A DNA stretch of 63,822 nucleotides, filler included, from Welwitschia mirabilis (Eukaryota): the NCBI GenBank assembly GCA_051453625.1. It is 4 parts of one record of this genome, joined end to end, with 100 filler letters (N's around TTAATTAATTAA, not from the genome) between each part and the next. Parts side by side here need not be neighbours in the genome. Positions count along the whole stretch, not along the records: positions 1 to 29,774 come from JBOZIK010000001.1; 3 more parts are not named here. One strand, given 5' to 3'. Position numbers and translations under genes: made by a program. Below the pieces are notes generated by a model. The model saw only the letters and a list, made by a program, of their open reading frames with translations, did no database searches and was not told the DNA's origin. This document shows positions 1 to 12,569 of this stretch, piece after piece. How positions within the stretch are numbered: position 1 is the first letter of the stretch; each line of letters opens with the position of its first letter.

Positions 1-3000
1 GAAAGAATAAGACTACCAAAACATTGACAAGGATTACACCTTCTAACAAACTCATATGAATCTTGAAAAAGAGAAGGCTAGTAAAAACTAGAATTAAGGA
101 TTTTCATGCTAGTTTTATGTCTACTAAAATGTCCTTCACAAATACTACCATGATAAAGATGAAGAATCTCAGGTATTTCCCAATTGAGCACACATTTTCT
201 CATAATTTGGTCTTTGCACCTATGGTCAAAATATGGCTCGATCCACTCATAGTCATCTATTCGATGAAGAAAAGATTTACATTGGTAATAGGTCTAATAT
301 TGTGGTGTTTTTATGGTTACAAAATAGTTGATAATGTCGGCATACCATAGAGGAGAATAAGAAGAAGAAACAACGAAAAGCTACTTGTCAGGAAAAGATC
401 ATCAATGAGAATATCATCTAGAGAAGAAGGAAGTCGAGATAAATGATCAACAACAGAATTGTGCTTCCTTATTTTATCTATGATGGTCAAATTGAATTCT
501 TGCATAAGAAGGATCCATCTAATCAAAGGGGCACTAGAATCTTTCTTGGTCATGAGGTAATGAATGGAAGCATAATCACTATAAACATTCACATGAAAGC
601 CTAAAAGATAGTGTCTAAGAGAATCAAGAGAAAGATAATGGTAAGCATTTCTTTTTCTGTAATAGTATAGTTCCTCTAAGCTCTAGACAATGACTTTCTA
701 TGGTGAGATATAAATTTAAAGTCTTTCTCATACTTTTGGCAAAGAACCCCATCCATGGTAAAATTGCTAGCATCACACATAAGCTCGAAGTCAAGTGCCC
801 AATTGGGTCTCATTACTATAGGAGTATGAGATAATCTATGTTTAAGCCTATCAAAAGAAATTTAACAAGATTCATTCCATTTGAATTTGACATCTTTCTC
901 AAGTAAAAGTGAAGGGGTTTACCAAAAAAAACATAATCACAAATGAACCAATGGTAAAAATCACAATAACCAAGGAAAGAACAAACCTTTTTAACATTTG
1001 TGGGGGGATTAAGATTTTGAATAATACTAACTTTAGAAGCATCCATATTAATCCCTCTCGAGAAATGTGATAACCTAAAATAATGCCACTCTTTACAAGA
1101 AAATAACTCTTTTCCCAACTCAAGTGAAGGCCACTGTCAATGCATTGATCTAAGACTTTCTCTAAACGATCTAAGATTTGCTNNNNNNNNNNNNNNNNNN
1201 NNNNNNNNNNNNNNNNNNNNNNNNNNNNNNNNNNNNNNNNNNNNNNNNNNNNNNNNNNNNNNNNNNNNNNNNNNNNNNNNNNCAAATTCAAGTGTCCAAT
1301 TGGGTTCCATTACTATAGGATCATGAGATAATCTATGTTTAATCCTATCAAAAGCAATTTAAGAAGATTCATTCTATTTGAATTTGACATCTTTCTCAAG
1401 TAACAAGTGAAGGGTTTATAAATAAAAACATAATCACAAATGAACCGATGATAAAAACCATAATAACCAAAGAAAGAGCAAACCTTTTTAACATTTGTGG
1501 GGGGATTAAGATTTTGAATAATACTAACTTTAGAAGCATCCATAGTAATCCCTCTCAAGAAATGTGATAACCTAAAATAATGCCACTCTCTACAAGAAAA
1601 TAACTCTTTTCCTAACTCAAGTAAAGGCCACTGGCAATGCATTGATCTAAGACTTTCTCTAAATGATCTAAGATTTACTCAAAATTTTCAGTATAAATAG
1701 AGAAGTTGTTCATGAAAATATCGATGGAATCCTCAAGCATATTAGAAAAAATACCCATCATAGCACGCTAAAAGGTACAGAGAGCATTACAAAGTCCAAA
1801 AGGCATGTGTCTAAAGGCAAAGGTACTGAAAGGAGAAGTGAAGGTGGTTTTAGCTTGGTCCTCAAGGGCAATGCAAACTTGATTGTAACCACTATAACTG
1901 TCAAGAAAGAAATAGAAAGCATGTCACTAAAGTCTATTAAGAATTTAATTAAGAAAAGGTAAAGAATAGTGGTCTTTTTCGATTACCTCATTTAGTTTTT
2001 GGAAGTCTATACACATACACCATTTTCCACCCTTTTTAGGTACTACCATCAAGGGGCTAACCCACTCACTATCAATAATGAAGTAAATGATTCCAGCGTC
2101 TATAACTTTTATGATTTCACTTTTTACAATTTGCTTTAGGACTGGATTTAGTCTACGTTAGGGTTACCTCACAGGTTTTACATTTTCTTTGAGGTAGATT
2201 TTATGTTACACAATGGAATTGGAAATGGTTGATAGGTTGTTATGAGGCTAAGAAAATGCATGATATTTTAACTCTAAGATAAAAATAAGATCAGATTCTT
2301 GTTGTGGTAAGAGATTTTTGTTGATAATCAAAGGTTTATTTAGATCTCTATTCAAAAAAATCTATTTTAGTCCACTACCTAAAGGTTTTAGTTTTAGGTT
2401 AAGGTTCAGACTTCTAGTTTCTAGAAAATTTCAGAAATGTTGNNNNNNNNNNNNNNNNNNNNNNNNNNNNNNNNNNNNNNNNNNNNNNNNNNNNNNNNNN
2501 NNNNNNNNNNNNNNNNNNNNNNNNNNNNNNNNNNNNNNNNNNNNNNNNNNNNNNNNNNNNNNNNNNNNNNNNNNNNNNNNNNNNNNNNNNNNNNNNNNNN
2601 NNNNNNNNNNNNNNNNNNNNNNNNNNNNNNNNNNNNNNNNNNNNNNNNNNNNNNNNNNNNNNNNNNNNNNNNNNNNNNNNNNNNNNNNNNNNNNNNNNNN
2701 NNNNNNNNNNNNNNNNNNNNNNNNNNNNNNNNNNNNNNNNNNNNNNNNNNNNNNNNNNNNNNNNNNNNNNNNNNNNNNNNNNNNNNNNNNNNNNNNNNNN
2801 NNNNNNNNNNNNNNNNNNNNNNNNNNNNNNNNNNNNNNNNNNNNNNNNNNNNNNNNNNNNNNNNNNNNNNNNNNNNNNNNNNNNNNNNNNNNNNNNNNNN
2901 NNNNNNNNNNNNNNNNNNNNNNNNNNNNNNNNNNNNNNNNNNNNNNNNNNNNNNNNNNNNNNNNNNNNNNNNNNNNNNNNNNNNNNNNNNNNNNNNNNNN

Positions 3001-5238
3001 NNNNNNNNNNNNNNNNNNNNNNNNNNNNNNNNNNNNNNNNNNNNNNNNNNNNNTTTGTAAAGTAAGTTGCTAATAGATTGAGCTAGGAAGAATTTACTAG
3101 GGATGGTTTGTTTTTATTTCTTTCTTATTAGGTTTTTCCATAGCTTAGAGTATTTGGGATTCTCTTACAAAAGTTTCTAAAAAGGTAATTTGATGCTTAC
3201 ATTTTGCATTAAGGATTTCAAATAATCATTAAAGATGGGGTTTATGTTAAGCCTATTAAGCCATGGGGTTGTGGGTTTATTTTATGAAGGATCTTTCTTT
3301 TTGTTATTAAGTGAGGAAGGGAAAGAATGGTTTTCTAGGATTTCTATGTTCTCTTCCTCATCAGTTTTATCATTTTGGAAAGTTAAAGCCTCATGGGTTG
3401 TGTTATTTTCACTCCTTGTCATCATCTTACAATCTTGTCTTACTTCATTAGNNNNNNNNNNNNNNNNNNNNNNNNNNNNNNNNNNNNNNNNNNNNNNNNN
3501 NNNNNNNNNNNNNNNNNNNNNNNNNNNNNNNNNNNNNNNNNNNNNNNNNNNNNNNNNNNNNNNNNNNNNNNNNNNNNNNNNNNNNNNNNNNNNNNNNNNN
3601 NNNNNNNNNNNNNNNNNNNNNNNNNNNNNNNNNNNNNNNNNNNNNNNNNNNNNNNNNNNNNNNNNNNNNNNNNNNNNNNNNNNNNNNNNNNNNNNNNNNN
3701 NNNNNNNNNNNNNNNNNNNNNNNNNNNNNNNNNNNNNNNNNNNNNNNNNNNNNNNNNNNNNNNNNNNNNNNNNNNNNNNNNNNNNNNNNNNNNNNNNNNN
3801 NNNNNNNGTAAATAGGAAGTAAAGGATAATCTTTTGTAACATGGTAACTATCTTCACATAAATTGCATGTTGGAACAACAACTTCACTCTTCTCAATTGC
3901 TACTTTAGCATCAAGAATCATTTGGGTGTATTTTTCTAAGATAGAAGTAAAATCCTTAATAACACTAGTTGGTTCATTTTCTATTTTGATTTCATTCTTC
4001 TCATGTTTAACTTCTTTTATGTTCTTAATGATTTGGCCTACTGTTCAGGTTTCTCTAAAGGAGGGTTTAAGCCAAGTTTGACTTACTACCACTAAATCTT
4101 CCAAGACCTTTTAAGCATTATCTAAGGGTTGGTCTAATATGTTGCATCCACAAGAAAAATATACAAGTTGCTTGGTATAACTATTTAATCTAATATAAAA
4201 TAGNNNNNNNNNNNNNNNNNNNNNNNNNNNNNNNNNNNNNNNNNNNNNNNNNNNNNNNNNNNNNNNNNNNNNNNNNNNNNNNNNNNNNNNNNNNNNNNNN
4301 NNNNNNNNNNNNNNNNNNNNNNNNNNNNNNNNNNNNNNNNNNNNNNATTCGTGAATCTCTTTATGAAGACTTTTTGAACTTGATTCCAAGATTTAAGGCT
4401 CTTATGGAAAATCGTTCTAAGCCAAATTTTTGCTTTATCTCTCAAGGTGATGGGAAAGATAACCACGTAGGTTCTATCATTTATTCATTTTTTACCATCT
4501 CCAAAAGTAAGGATAAGTTTCTCGATTTCGACGATGTGTTGCAAAGAGTCTTCATTAGGCTCTCCACTAAAGGTAGGGTAAGCGTTCAAGTTTCGAAGTT
4601 CTACATCATCATTGGGAGGTAAGTCGAAAGGATTTTGGATTTTATGTTTTTTGATTACAATAAGATCTATCAAGGTAGCATGAGTATTGAATAGAAAAGG
4701 AGTAGAAGTAAGGGTTCAAATAATAGTGGGGTGGAATTGGAGAGACAAGTTGTTTAAGTTTTTGATTAGATATTAACATGATAGTAAAATCAGACTCTAC
4801 AGAAAAAGTGAAAATGACAGGAACTTCAAAATCTTGCGTAGCTTCATTGTTTTGATTTGTTTCTATTTCAAAATTTATCAAATCTTATCTGATGTTTTTA
4901 GTAATAAACAGTCACTCTATGTGGTATTTTTCCTTTTTTTCAATCTTAACGAATCTATAAAAGTGCTATCTTATATGTTGTCCGGATAATAACCTAGATG
5001 ACAGAAACACAGAAACCACAAGAAAAGGGAAAGTAGAGAATGGGACTATCATCTACTAGGATGTCTAGACGATGAAGGATATGATGATACTGATGCTATA
5101 AAAAGTTAGCAAAAAAACTGAAACAAAAACAACTTACAGTAGGTACAATTATACTACTGTTACAACAAACATTCAGAATAATTACTAAAGCAATGATAAC
5201 TCTTAAACTTCAGGTAGCCTTCCCTAATAATGATGCCA
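1..5238 (-). mobile_element. Degenerate Ty3/gypsy retrotransposon internal region, Athila-like (gag-[gap]-RT-RNaseH-start of integrase)
   Basis: Minus-strand translations: gag PTFSGEPNEDSLQHI and IFPITLRDKAKIWL..SW (4350-4600); CNLCEDSYHVTKDYP (~3830-3870); RT IDAGIIYFIIDSEWVSPLMVVPKKGGKWCMCIDFQKLN, MPFGLCNA and IFMNN for FMDD (1700-2110); RNase H YSDYASIHYLMTKKDS..LIRWILLMQEF..VVDHLSRL (430-590); WYADIINY (~330-350); integrase zinc region FY*PSLFQDSYEFVRRCNPCQ (25-90). Many stops and frameshifts. Confidence 0.9.
5221..5238 (-). other. Primer-binding site, decayed tRNA-Asp type
   Basis: Minus strand TGGCATCATTATTAGGGA differs from the Athila-type PBS TGGCGCCGTTGCCGGGGA only by C>T/G>A transitions. 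It lies 3 nt from an LTR-like end (...TAACA at 5242). Confidence 0.65.
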
Positions 5239-5241
5239 AGA

Positions 5242-6700
5242 TGTTACGGTGCATATTTATGCAACGTTTACATCCTAATCTAAATCTTATTAATCACAAA
5301 TAATATGCATAAACATAATACACTAATATAGATGAGAGTGACTCGAATGTCATAATTCATTGAAGGCTAAAGTATAGAAAGAAAAGAGTTTCTTTTAAGA
5401 TAAAAATATGGTAACCATAACCTATAGAAATAATTTGCAATGTATGGAAATGAAGCAAAACATACTTGTGCAAGTCTAATCTAGGAAAGAAAATAGCGAT
5501 GCATCTAAAATAACCAAGCTCAACCTTGACAAAGATTGCTGTCATAATCTATATCACAAAAGAAGCTTGCCACCAAATCTCAAATAACATAAACTATGAG
5601 GGAGAAGATCATTCATACATCTAAATACAAAAAAAAATATTTTATATTAAAATATGCATATCACATCCATATTACAAAGTAGCCATTTCTCNNNNNNNNN
5701 NNNNNNNNNNNNNNNNNNNNNNNNNNNNNNNNNNNNNNNNNNNNNNNNNNNNNNNNNNNNNNNNNNNNNNNNNNNNNNNNNNNNNNNNNNNCAACTCAGA
5801 ATATCCTATTAAATACACATAAGTTGGAGGTGCAACACTAATCCTCCATTTCAAGAAGTGCTATCTCTAGATCTATTTATGAGTTTATTTCTTTTAAGAA
5901 ACTGGATCTCTGAAAAATCCATGAATGCTCAAATAATAGTGTAGATCTTAAAGCATTTAATAACCATTAGAGAGTGTGGTTGAATCTCTTCCTAGCCAAG
6001 ATTTTAGATGTCATTTAAAAATCACTTGTAAGAATTGGGGATGTGACTGAGTTTGTTCTTAACCTCTTAGCCATCAATGGAGGGTTGATCAAAACTATTA
6101 TTAGATTAATTAATTTAGAATAAAGAATTAGATGAGTTTAACCCTATAAAATAATAGATAAGGAATCATATTAACCTTGCTTTTAGGAGTGGTGTTGTTG
6201 ACTCTAGTGTGATTACTCAGATTAGCAAGATACAAATAGGCCAAGTATGCACTGCTTCAATTATGTATAGATACTTTTTTTGGAAGAGTAGATTAGCATT
6301 TTCAGTTAGAAAAGAGCATGAATGTTCTTTCTCCTAGTCTAAATGAAAATTCTAGTAAAAATCAAATCAAATACAAGAGCTTTCTTTAATAAATCATCCT
6401 AAAAATAACAATTCCATGAGAAGATTAATCCCTTGTTTAAATAGTTTGTTGTACATGATTTTTAGAAGGCCTATCATTCATGATTAAATTAGGGTCCTTG
6501 AAAATTCTATATAATGTCCTTGAAGAATGACGATGGGCATTGTATGAATGTTGTATTAAGTTCATCTTTCTTTATGTCTTGAAAAAAAGTCTAAGTTTTG
6601 CCTAGTTCCAAAGTAGTGTCTTCAAAGATTTTTTTCTCACTAATCAATCTTGTCAAAGTATCTACCCCTGTTTCTGAAGATAAAATGTTTTAACTCCAAC
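5242..6700 (-). repeat. Probable 5' LTR of the Athila-like element (distal boundary approximate)
   Basis: Starts with TGTTAC next to the PBS; non-coding; minus-strand CTATTTAAAC TATA-like motif near 6436-6445. No second LTR is present in the window to fix the outer end. Confidence 0.45.
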
Positions 6701-7159
6701 TTCAAGTTTTAAATCTTTATGTTTTAGCTCTTGTGAATACTACATTTCTTAATTCCATTTCTACTATTTTCTTAGAGTGTTGAATTAAAATATTTATTAT
6801 TTTTATTGATGGTAAAGAACCTCTATTGCAAATCAACTACAAACATCTGAAACCCAGTAAAAAAACAAAAAATTAATACATGTGCTTTGGAATAAAATTC
6901 TTTTTGAAAAGCATTTCTTACTACCAAGGATGGAGTCAAGTTAAAATTACAGCATCATTTTTTTAATGCATAACTTTAAGAAAATGTACCCTTTTTGAAT
7001 CACAAAGTCTTAAACATCATTCTTTGGATTATTTTAATAAAGTTATATCTTGTTATTGTTTAGAATTAAATTTAATGTTGAGTATTTAATTTTTTTCATT
7101 ATCTCCATCCATCTTCTGTAATTGATGTCTTGACGTTATTTGTTCTTAGTACAAGTTAA

Positions 7160-7295
7160 AAGCCTATGGTCAAACCTTGTCATATTTTTCTTATCATCGT
7201 GATGTCTTGAAATTATGGTTATGAGTTGATAGCTTATGGTTAAATCTTATCATATTTTTCTTGTCATAGTAATGTCCTAAACTTATGGTTATGGA
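7160..7295. repeat. Two-copy ~70 bp tandem duplication
   Basis: AGCCTATGGTCAAACCTTGTCATATTTTTCTTATCAT...TTATGGTTATG is followed by AGCTTATGGTTAAATCTTATCATATTTTTCTTGTCAT...TTATGGTTATG. Confidence 0.7.
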
Positions 7296-7297
7296 TT

Positions 7298-7456
7298 TCC
7301 ATAGATCATTGAATAAGGCAGTAGGCTTCACAGATTGCTGAATGAGGCAATGAAGTAAGAATTCCACAGATCACCGAAGGAGGAAATGGGGATATTAGAT
7401 TTACCATAGATCATCGAATGAGGCAGTGGGCTTCACAAATCGCCAAGGCAGTGAAG

Positions 7457-7487
<31 letters not shown>

Positions 7488-7775
7488 NNNNNNNNNNNNN
7501 NNNNNNNNNNNNNNNNNNNNNNNNNNNNNNNNNNNNNNNNNNNNNNNNNNNNNNNNNNNNNNNNNNNNNNNNNNNNNNNNNNNNNNNTAGATCACTAAAG
7601 GAGGAAATGGGGATATTAGATTTATCATAGATCATCGAATGAGGCAGTGGGCTTCACAGATCGATCACTGAATGAAATAATGAAGTTAAATATGAAAAAT
7701 TATATGAGAATCATAAATTGTTAAATAAGGTAGTGGACTTCACAGATCACCGAACAAGGTAGTGAAGTAATTGAG
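7298..7775. repeat. Minisatellite with core CACAGATCACCGAATGAGGCAGTG, interrupted by (AT)n and a gap
   Basis: Repeated variants of AGATCATCGAATGAGGCAGTGGGCTTCAC and GGAGGAAATGGGGATATTAGAT; (AT)n at ~7459-7487. Confidence 0.75.
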
Positions 7776-8744
7776 ATATCTTTAAACATATAATGATTAT
7801 TATCATTCATAACCATAAGGTTAGTATTGTGATATATTATGTCTCTTGGAGTTCTTACTTATCTTTTCTATCTTAACTCTTGGAAAACCTTACCTATTTT
7901 TCCTAGACTTGCCTAGACCATACTGGGAGCTATGAAATTTTTGCAGTTTTCACTCCATAATTCTTGTATTAGATAGGTGATAAAACTGAAACTTAATTAC
8001 TAAGGAGGGCAAAGAAAAGGGGAGATTATCTTTTCTAGTTTATATTGAGAAATTGTTTTGGAGTGAGACTTATATACCTATTGAAAATCTTAAACTCCTC
8101 TGTATTATAATTATCTTAAAAATACATTAAATGTTGGATTATGTAAAAATTTCTTAAGAATTTATCTTGAAATGAAAATTATAGTTCTTGGTAAATGTTG
8201 AAATTTCAATGATGTAATTATTATAATTATGAAAATACTTTTCATAATTTTAATTATTATGAATTACTCATTATTATTCTACGTTACTTCTAAAATAAGG
8301 AACCTTCATTTTGCTTTATGGAGAAGAGGCCATATTAAGTAAAGTAACATTTTTTGGTTATTCAAAAAAATGGATGTTACATTTTCAAAAGTAACATCCT
8401 TTGAATTTAAAAGAATGGAAGTTACATTTTGGTATCAAATCTAGAAGAAGTTTTTAGGTGCGAAAATATGAGTATCACAGTGAAGTCCTATTGGTTTCTC
8501 CTAAAGACTTATAGTTTAATTATGTGTGAGGAATTATGATTGTTGTATGTAACTTTGAATATTTAGCTATGAGTTAATATATCTAATGCTACTAATGATG
8601 ATAATAAGTGTATTTCTTGAATTATTTATTTCTTCTTACAACCATTAGTAAAGGTAGGAGCTACATCAAAACGAAGGGATTCTTCTATTATACACGAAAT
8701 AACATATATTTAAAGTGCTTAGATTCCTATCAAGAGCATGGTAT

Positions 8745-10140
8745 TTAACAATTAAATACATCACTTCTATTATTATCATGTTCAATATAATGAACCTCAT
8801 TTTATTAACTATAAATAAAGTGAAATATGTCATGTAACCTATGAAAAAAAATCTCTATTTCAAAATAAAGGTAATGTTTTTTTTACATAATTAAATTTGG
8901 TAATCTAAACTAAATTTATAATTATTTAAAGGTTTTAAGAGAATAAATGCATAAAAATATAGTTATTTTAAAGATTAATATAAATAAAATAATAAATATT
9001 GCTACCATGAGATCTAATAATAATTAGTGTTTGGTAGTCTCAGACTATTGTACTTACATGATTTCATGGACTTGGAAGTATAGTACCATAAAAGTTAAGT
9101 CATAGACACATAACTAACATGAGAAATTAAATAATGATGATAGTATCATAGAGTACTATAAGAACATTAGATATTAAACAATTAACTACATCACTTCCAA
9201 TATCATGATGTCCAATATAATAAAATGCATGTTATTGGCTATGAATAAATTCAAATATGTCATGTAATTTCTTAAAACAAATATCCATCTTAAAATAAAG
9301 GTAGCATTTATTTTACATAGTTTAATTCTAGTAATATAAATTAAAACTTTGATTATTTAAAGATTTTATGGAATAAATCCCTTAAAATGTGATTATTTAA
9401 ACTATTAATTTAAATAAAATAATAAATATTACTAGTATGAGATTTGATGATAATCAATGATTAGTAGTGTAATATTGACCTTCTTATACAACTAGATGGA
9501 GCTAGAATTCACTTACCTACTTACATGGCTAGAGGGACCTAGAACTACATGGTCACATAACTAACTTAAATAACTAGGCAATTAGTGTGGTAAACAATTA
9601 AATACATTACTTATAGTGCCATAATATCTATCATAAGAAAATTCATTTTATTGCCTATAAATAAATTCAAATATGTCATGTAACTTATTTAAACAAATCT
9701 CTATCTCAAAATAAAGAAATTTTTTTTCTTACATAGTTGAATTTTAGTAATCTACATTAAAAGTTATGATGATTTGAAGGTGTTAAAGATAGTGATAGCT
9801 GAATTATGGAAATATAAATTAAAACTTATGAACATTTAAAGGTTTTAAGGAATAAATGCTTAAGAATATAATTGTTTTAAATATTAATTTGAATAAAATA
9901 ACAAAGAATAACATGGGATCCGATGATAATCCATGGTTGGCAATGAGAGATTGACCTACTTACATAACTAGATGGAACTAGAATTAACTGACTTACTTAC
10001 ATAACTAGTTGGATCTAGAGCTACATGTCCACATGACTGGCTTGGGTAACTAGACAATTAAGGTAATGTATGCATGACTAACTTGGATATCTAGAAAATG
10101 AGAATGGTACCATAGAGTACTATAAAAATTTAGATATTAT
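8745..10140. repeat. Three diverged ~420-430 bp tandem units
   Basis: Anchors ATTAAATACATCACTT / AAATATGTCATGTAA / AAAATAAAG recur with unit starts near 8750, 9180 and 9596. Confidence 0.8.
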
Positions 10141-10194
10141 TATAGATATTATATGAATAAGATTAGATGTTATAGCATTATGTATATATTTTTC

Positions 10195-10430
10195 TAATTT
10201 CACATGACATCATGGATGGACCTTGATGGATTTATAAGGTTTGATGTCTCATAAGTATGTATAAGATCTACATTGCTTGAGATCATGGGTAGAATTTAAT
10301 GGATTTGTCAATTTTTGTGTCTCATAAGAACACATAAGATCTAGATCACATAAGATCATGAATTTATGGATTTTGGTATCTAGATCACATGAGATCATGG
10401 ATGGATTTTGATGTCTCATATGATCATACA
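10195..10430. repeat. Short-unit minisatellite (TAGATCACATGAGATCATGG...TGTCTCATA)
   Basis: Several degenerate copies of AGATCACAT(G/A)AGATCATG and TGTCTCATA. Confidence 0.65.
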
Positions 10431-10439
10431 ATGTCCAAG

Positions 10440-11130
10440 GTTCTAAGATGTAATTTCATATGCCATACACTGTATAATACGTACAAGGATAATAGTTATA
10501 AGATGTAATTTTATCCACTATATGATACAAGATTAAAAATTATAAGACATAATTATATCCACTGGACAATATACAATACAAAGTTAACGAGTTTCTTTCT
10601 CTATCTCTCTCTTTTTATTTTTTACTTTTTTTTCCTTTTCTTCTTTAAAAAAAAAACTATACGATGTCTAAGATTGTGAAACATAATTTCATCTACTAAT
10701 ACTATACAATATAAGGTATCTGCTATGTGACACAAGGTTAATACTTATAAGAAAGTTTAAGTTTGTGAGATGTAACTTCATCTGCTATACACTATGTATA
10801 AGGTTAATAATTATGAGATGTAATTAGATCCACTATACACTATACAATACAAAGTTAATACGGTTTTCCCCTAATTTCATCCACTATACATTATACATAG
10901 GGTTAATAGTTTTGTCAACTATACACTATACACAAGGTTAATAATTATGAGATGTAATTATCTCCACTATACAAATTTCATCCACTATACACTCTACACA
11001 AGGTAAATAATTATGAGATGTAATTAGGCTGTCTATACAAATTTCATCCACTATACACTATACACAAGGTAAATAATTATGAGATGTAATTAGGGCCACT
11101 ATGCACTAGCCTACATAAAGTTTACAAGGT
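10440..11130. repeat. ~45-60 bp minisatellite (GAGATGTAATT..ATCCACTATACACTATACACAAGGTTAATAATTAT)
   Basis: About ten or more degenerate copies, most regular at 10780-11100. Confidence 0.8.
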
Positions 11131-12569
11131 TTTTATCTTTTTCTCCCTCTTTATAGATTTATCAACTTTAGAAAGAGAGGTTTTCTATAACTACTTTATG
11201 TATTATAATCCTTTCTTAAAACCAATTGTGCATATATAAGACTAATCCATGTGGGATTATTTTCCAATACAAATGACTAATGCATGAATATTTGTCATTT
11301 CAAAACCTAATATTTTTGTTTTTAATTCTATATACATTAATAAACCACTCATGAAGAGGTTGATTCTTCTTATAACTTTGATAATTATTAATCATTTCTC
11401 CTCTCTCTCATTTCTTAAATACTTATTATAAGATACAAAGAATCGCTTTCATGTATATCTTTCTTAAGAATGCACAAAATTATGGAATATTTTGGTTATG
11501 ACTAGATCAAAATTGTGTCAAGCTATATAAAAGAGAACCCAAAGAGCTAACATGGAAAAGCCATTCATACATTTGAAATGAATCTATCTCTTTCTTTGGT
11601 ATGATTCTAGTTATGTCTGAATAGCATAATTTTAGAGAAGATATATTTTATGTTTTATCCTTAAAGGGTTAGTGAATACAAAGTTATTAACTTTACAAAT
11701 GTTATTACAAAATTTCCTAGCTTGTAGACTTATTCCAACCATCCTTTAGTTTGCTTATTTTGAACTCTTAAATCGAAAACTTGTTTGATACCAAACTTGG
11801 AGGAATTCTCTTAAACCAAATTAAAATTCTTATTATAAACTTACATCTCCATTAATTACGTAAAAATGTAGTTTTCATTTTTGGTTTTAACAAAGAAAGT
11901 AAATGTGTGAAGAGGAAACATTACCACTAATAAGCATTAGACTTCTTAGATGTAAGTAGTAACAAGCATAAATTTTGAATAATAGGCAATATAACTAGCC
12001 ATGGACACTCTAATGTGGTAAACCAAGCATGACTTATCCTAAATAAATAAATAAATATATAAGATTATTAAATGCATAAAAAAATAAAACAACATAATTC
12101 AACATCTTGAACATTAATTATGGATGGAGGTGCCAACCTTGAAATTACAAGAACTGATGATATTAAAGTATTACTTAAAATGAAAATAAAATAAACCCCA
12201 TTTGTTTTATAAATACATTCTCTTTTATTTAAGGTATTGTTTGCAATCTATAAACTGAGTTAATTGTTTTCTCTTATTTATCTTCATAGTTTTATATTCA
12301 TTCTAAAGTAAGTCTAAGAGAAACAAAATGAAATTTGAAGAATTTAGGAAGTTCAATTGTAAAAATTTTAAGTTTAATAAAAGTCTTTGATGCTCTCTGA
12401 ACTATATGATATTTAACATAAGTTAACTATGTAACTAAAGAAAGATCAAACATGAAGTAAAATAAGAAGAGATGTAAAACAAGGTGAAGAGAATAAAAGT
12501 TAAGATATTCACACTAAGGCATAAACACATATAATAAGAATTATTCAAAGTTTTATGCAAAAGGGAGGT

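Noticed and set aside
2318..3921. Long ORFs in the ORF track containing X runs (also 17868-18270, 19424-19940, 52743-53177)
   Set aside because: They are open only because N gaps contain no stop codons.
7298..7775. CRISPR-like appearance of ~30 bp repeats
   Set aside because: Repeats are degenerate, the intervening sequences repeat too, no cas genes are present, and the context is a plant TE region.
12150..12190. CTGATGA...GAAA hammerhead-ribozyme-like core (also CTGATGA at ~32277)
   Set aside because: No convincing stems I-III could be formed; likely chance in AT-rich DNA.
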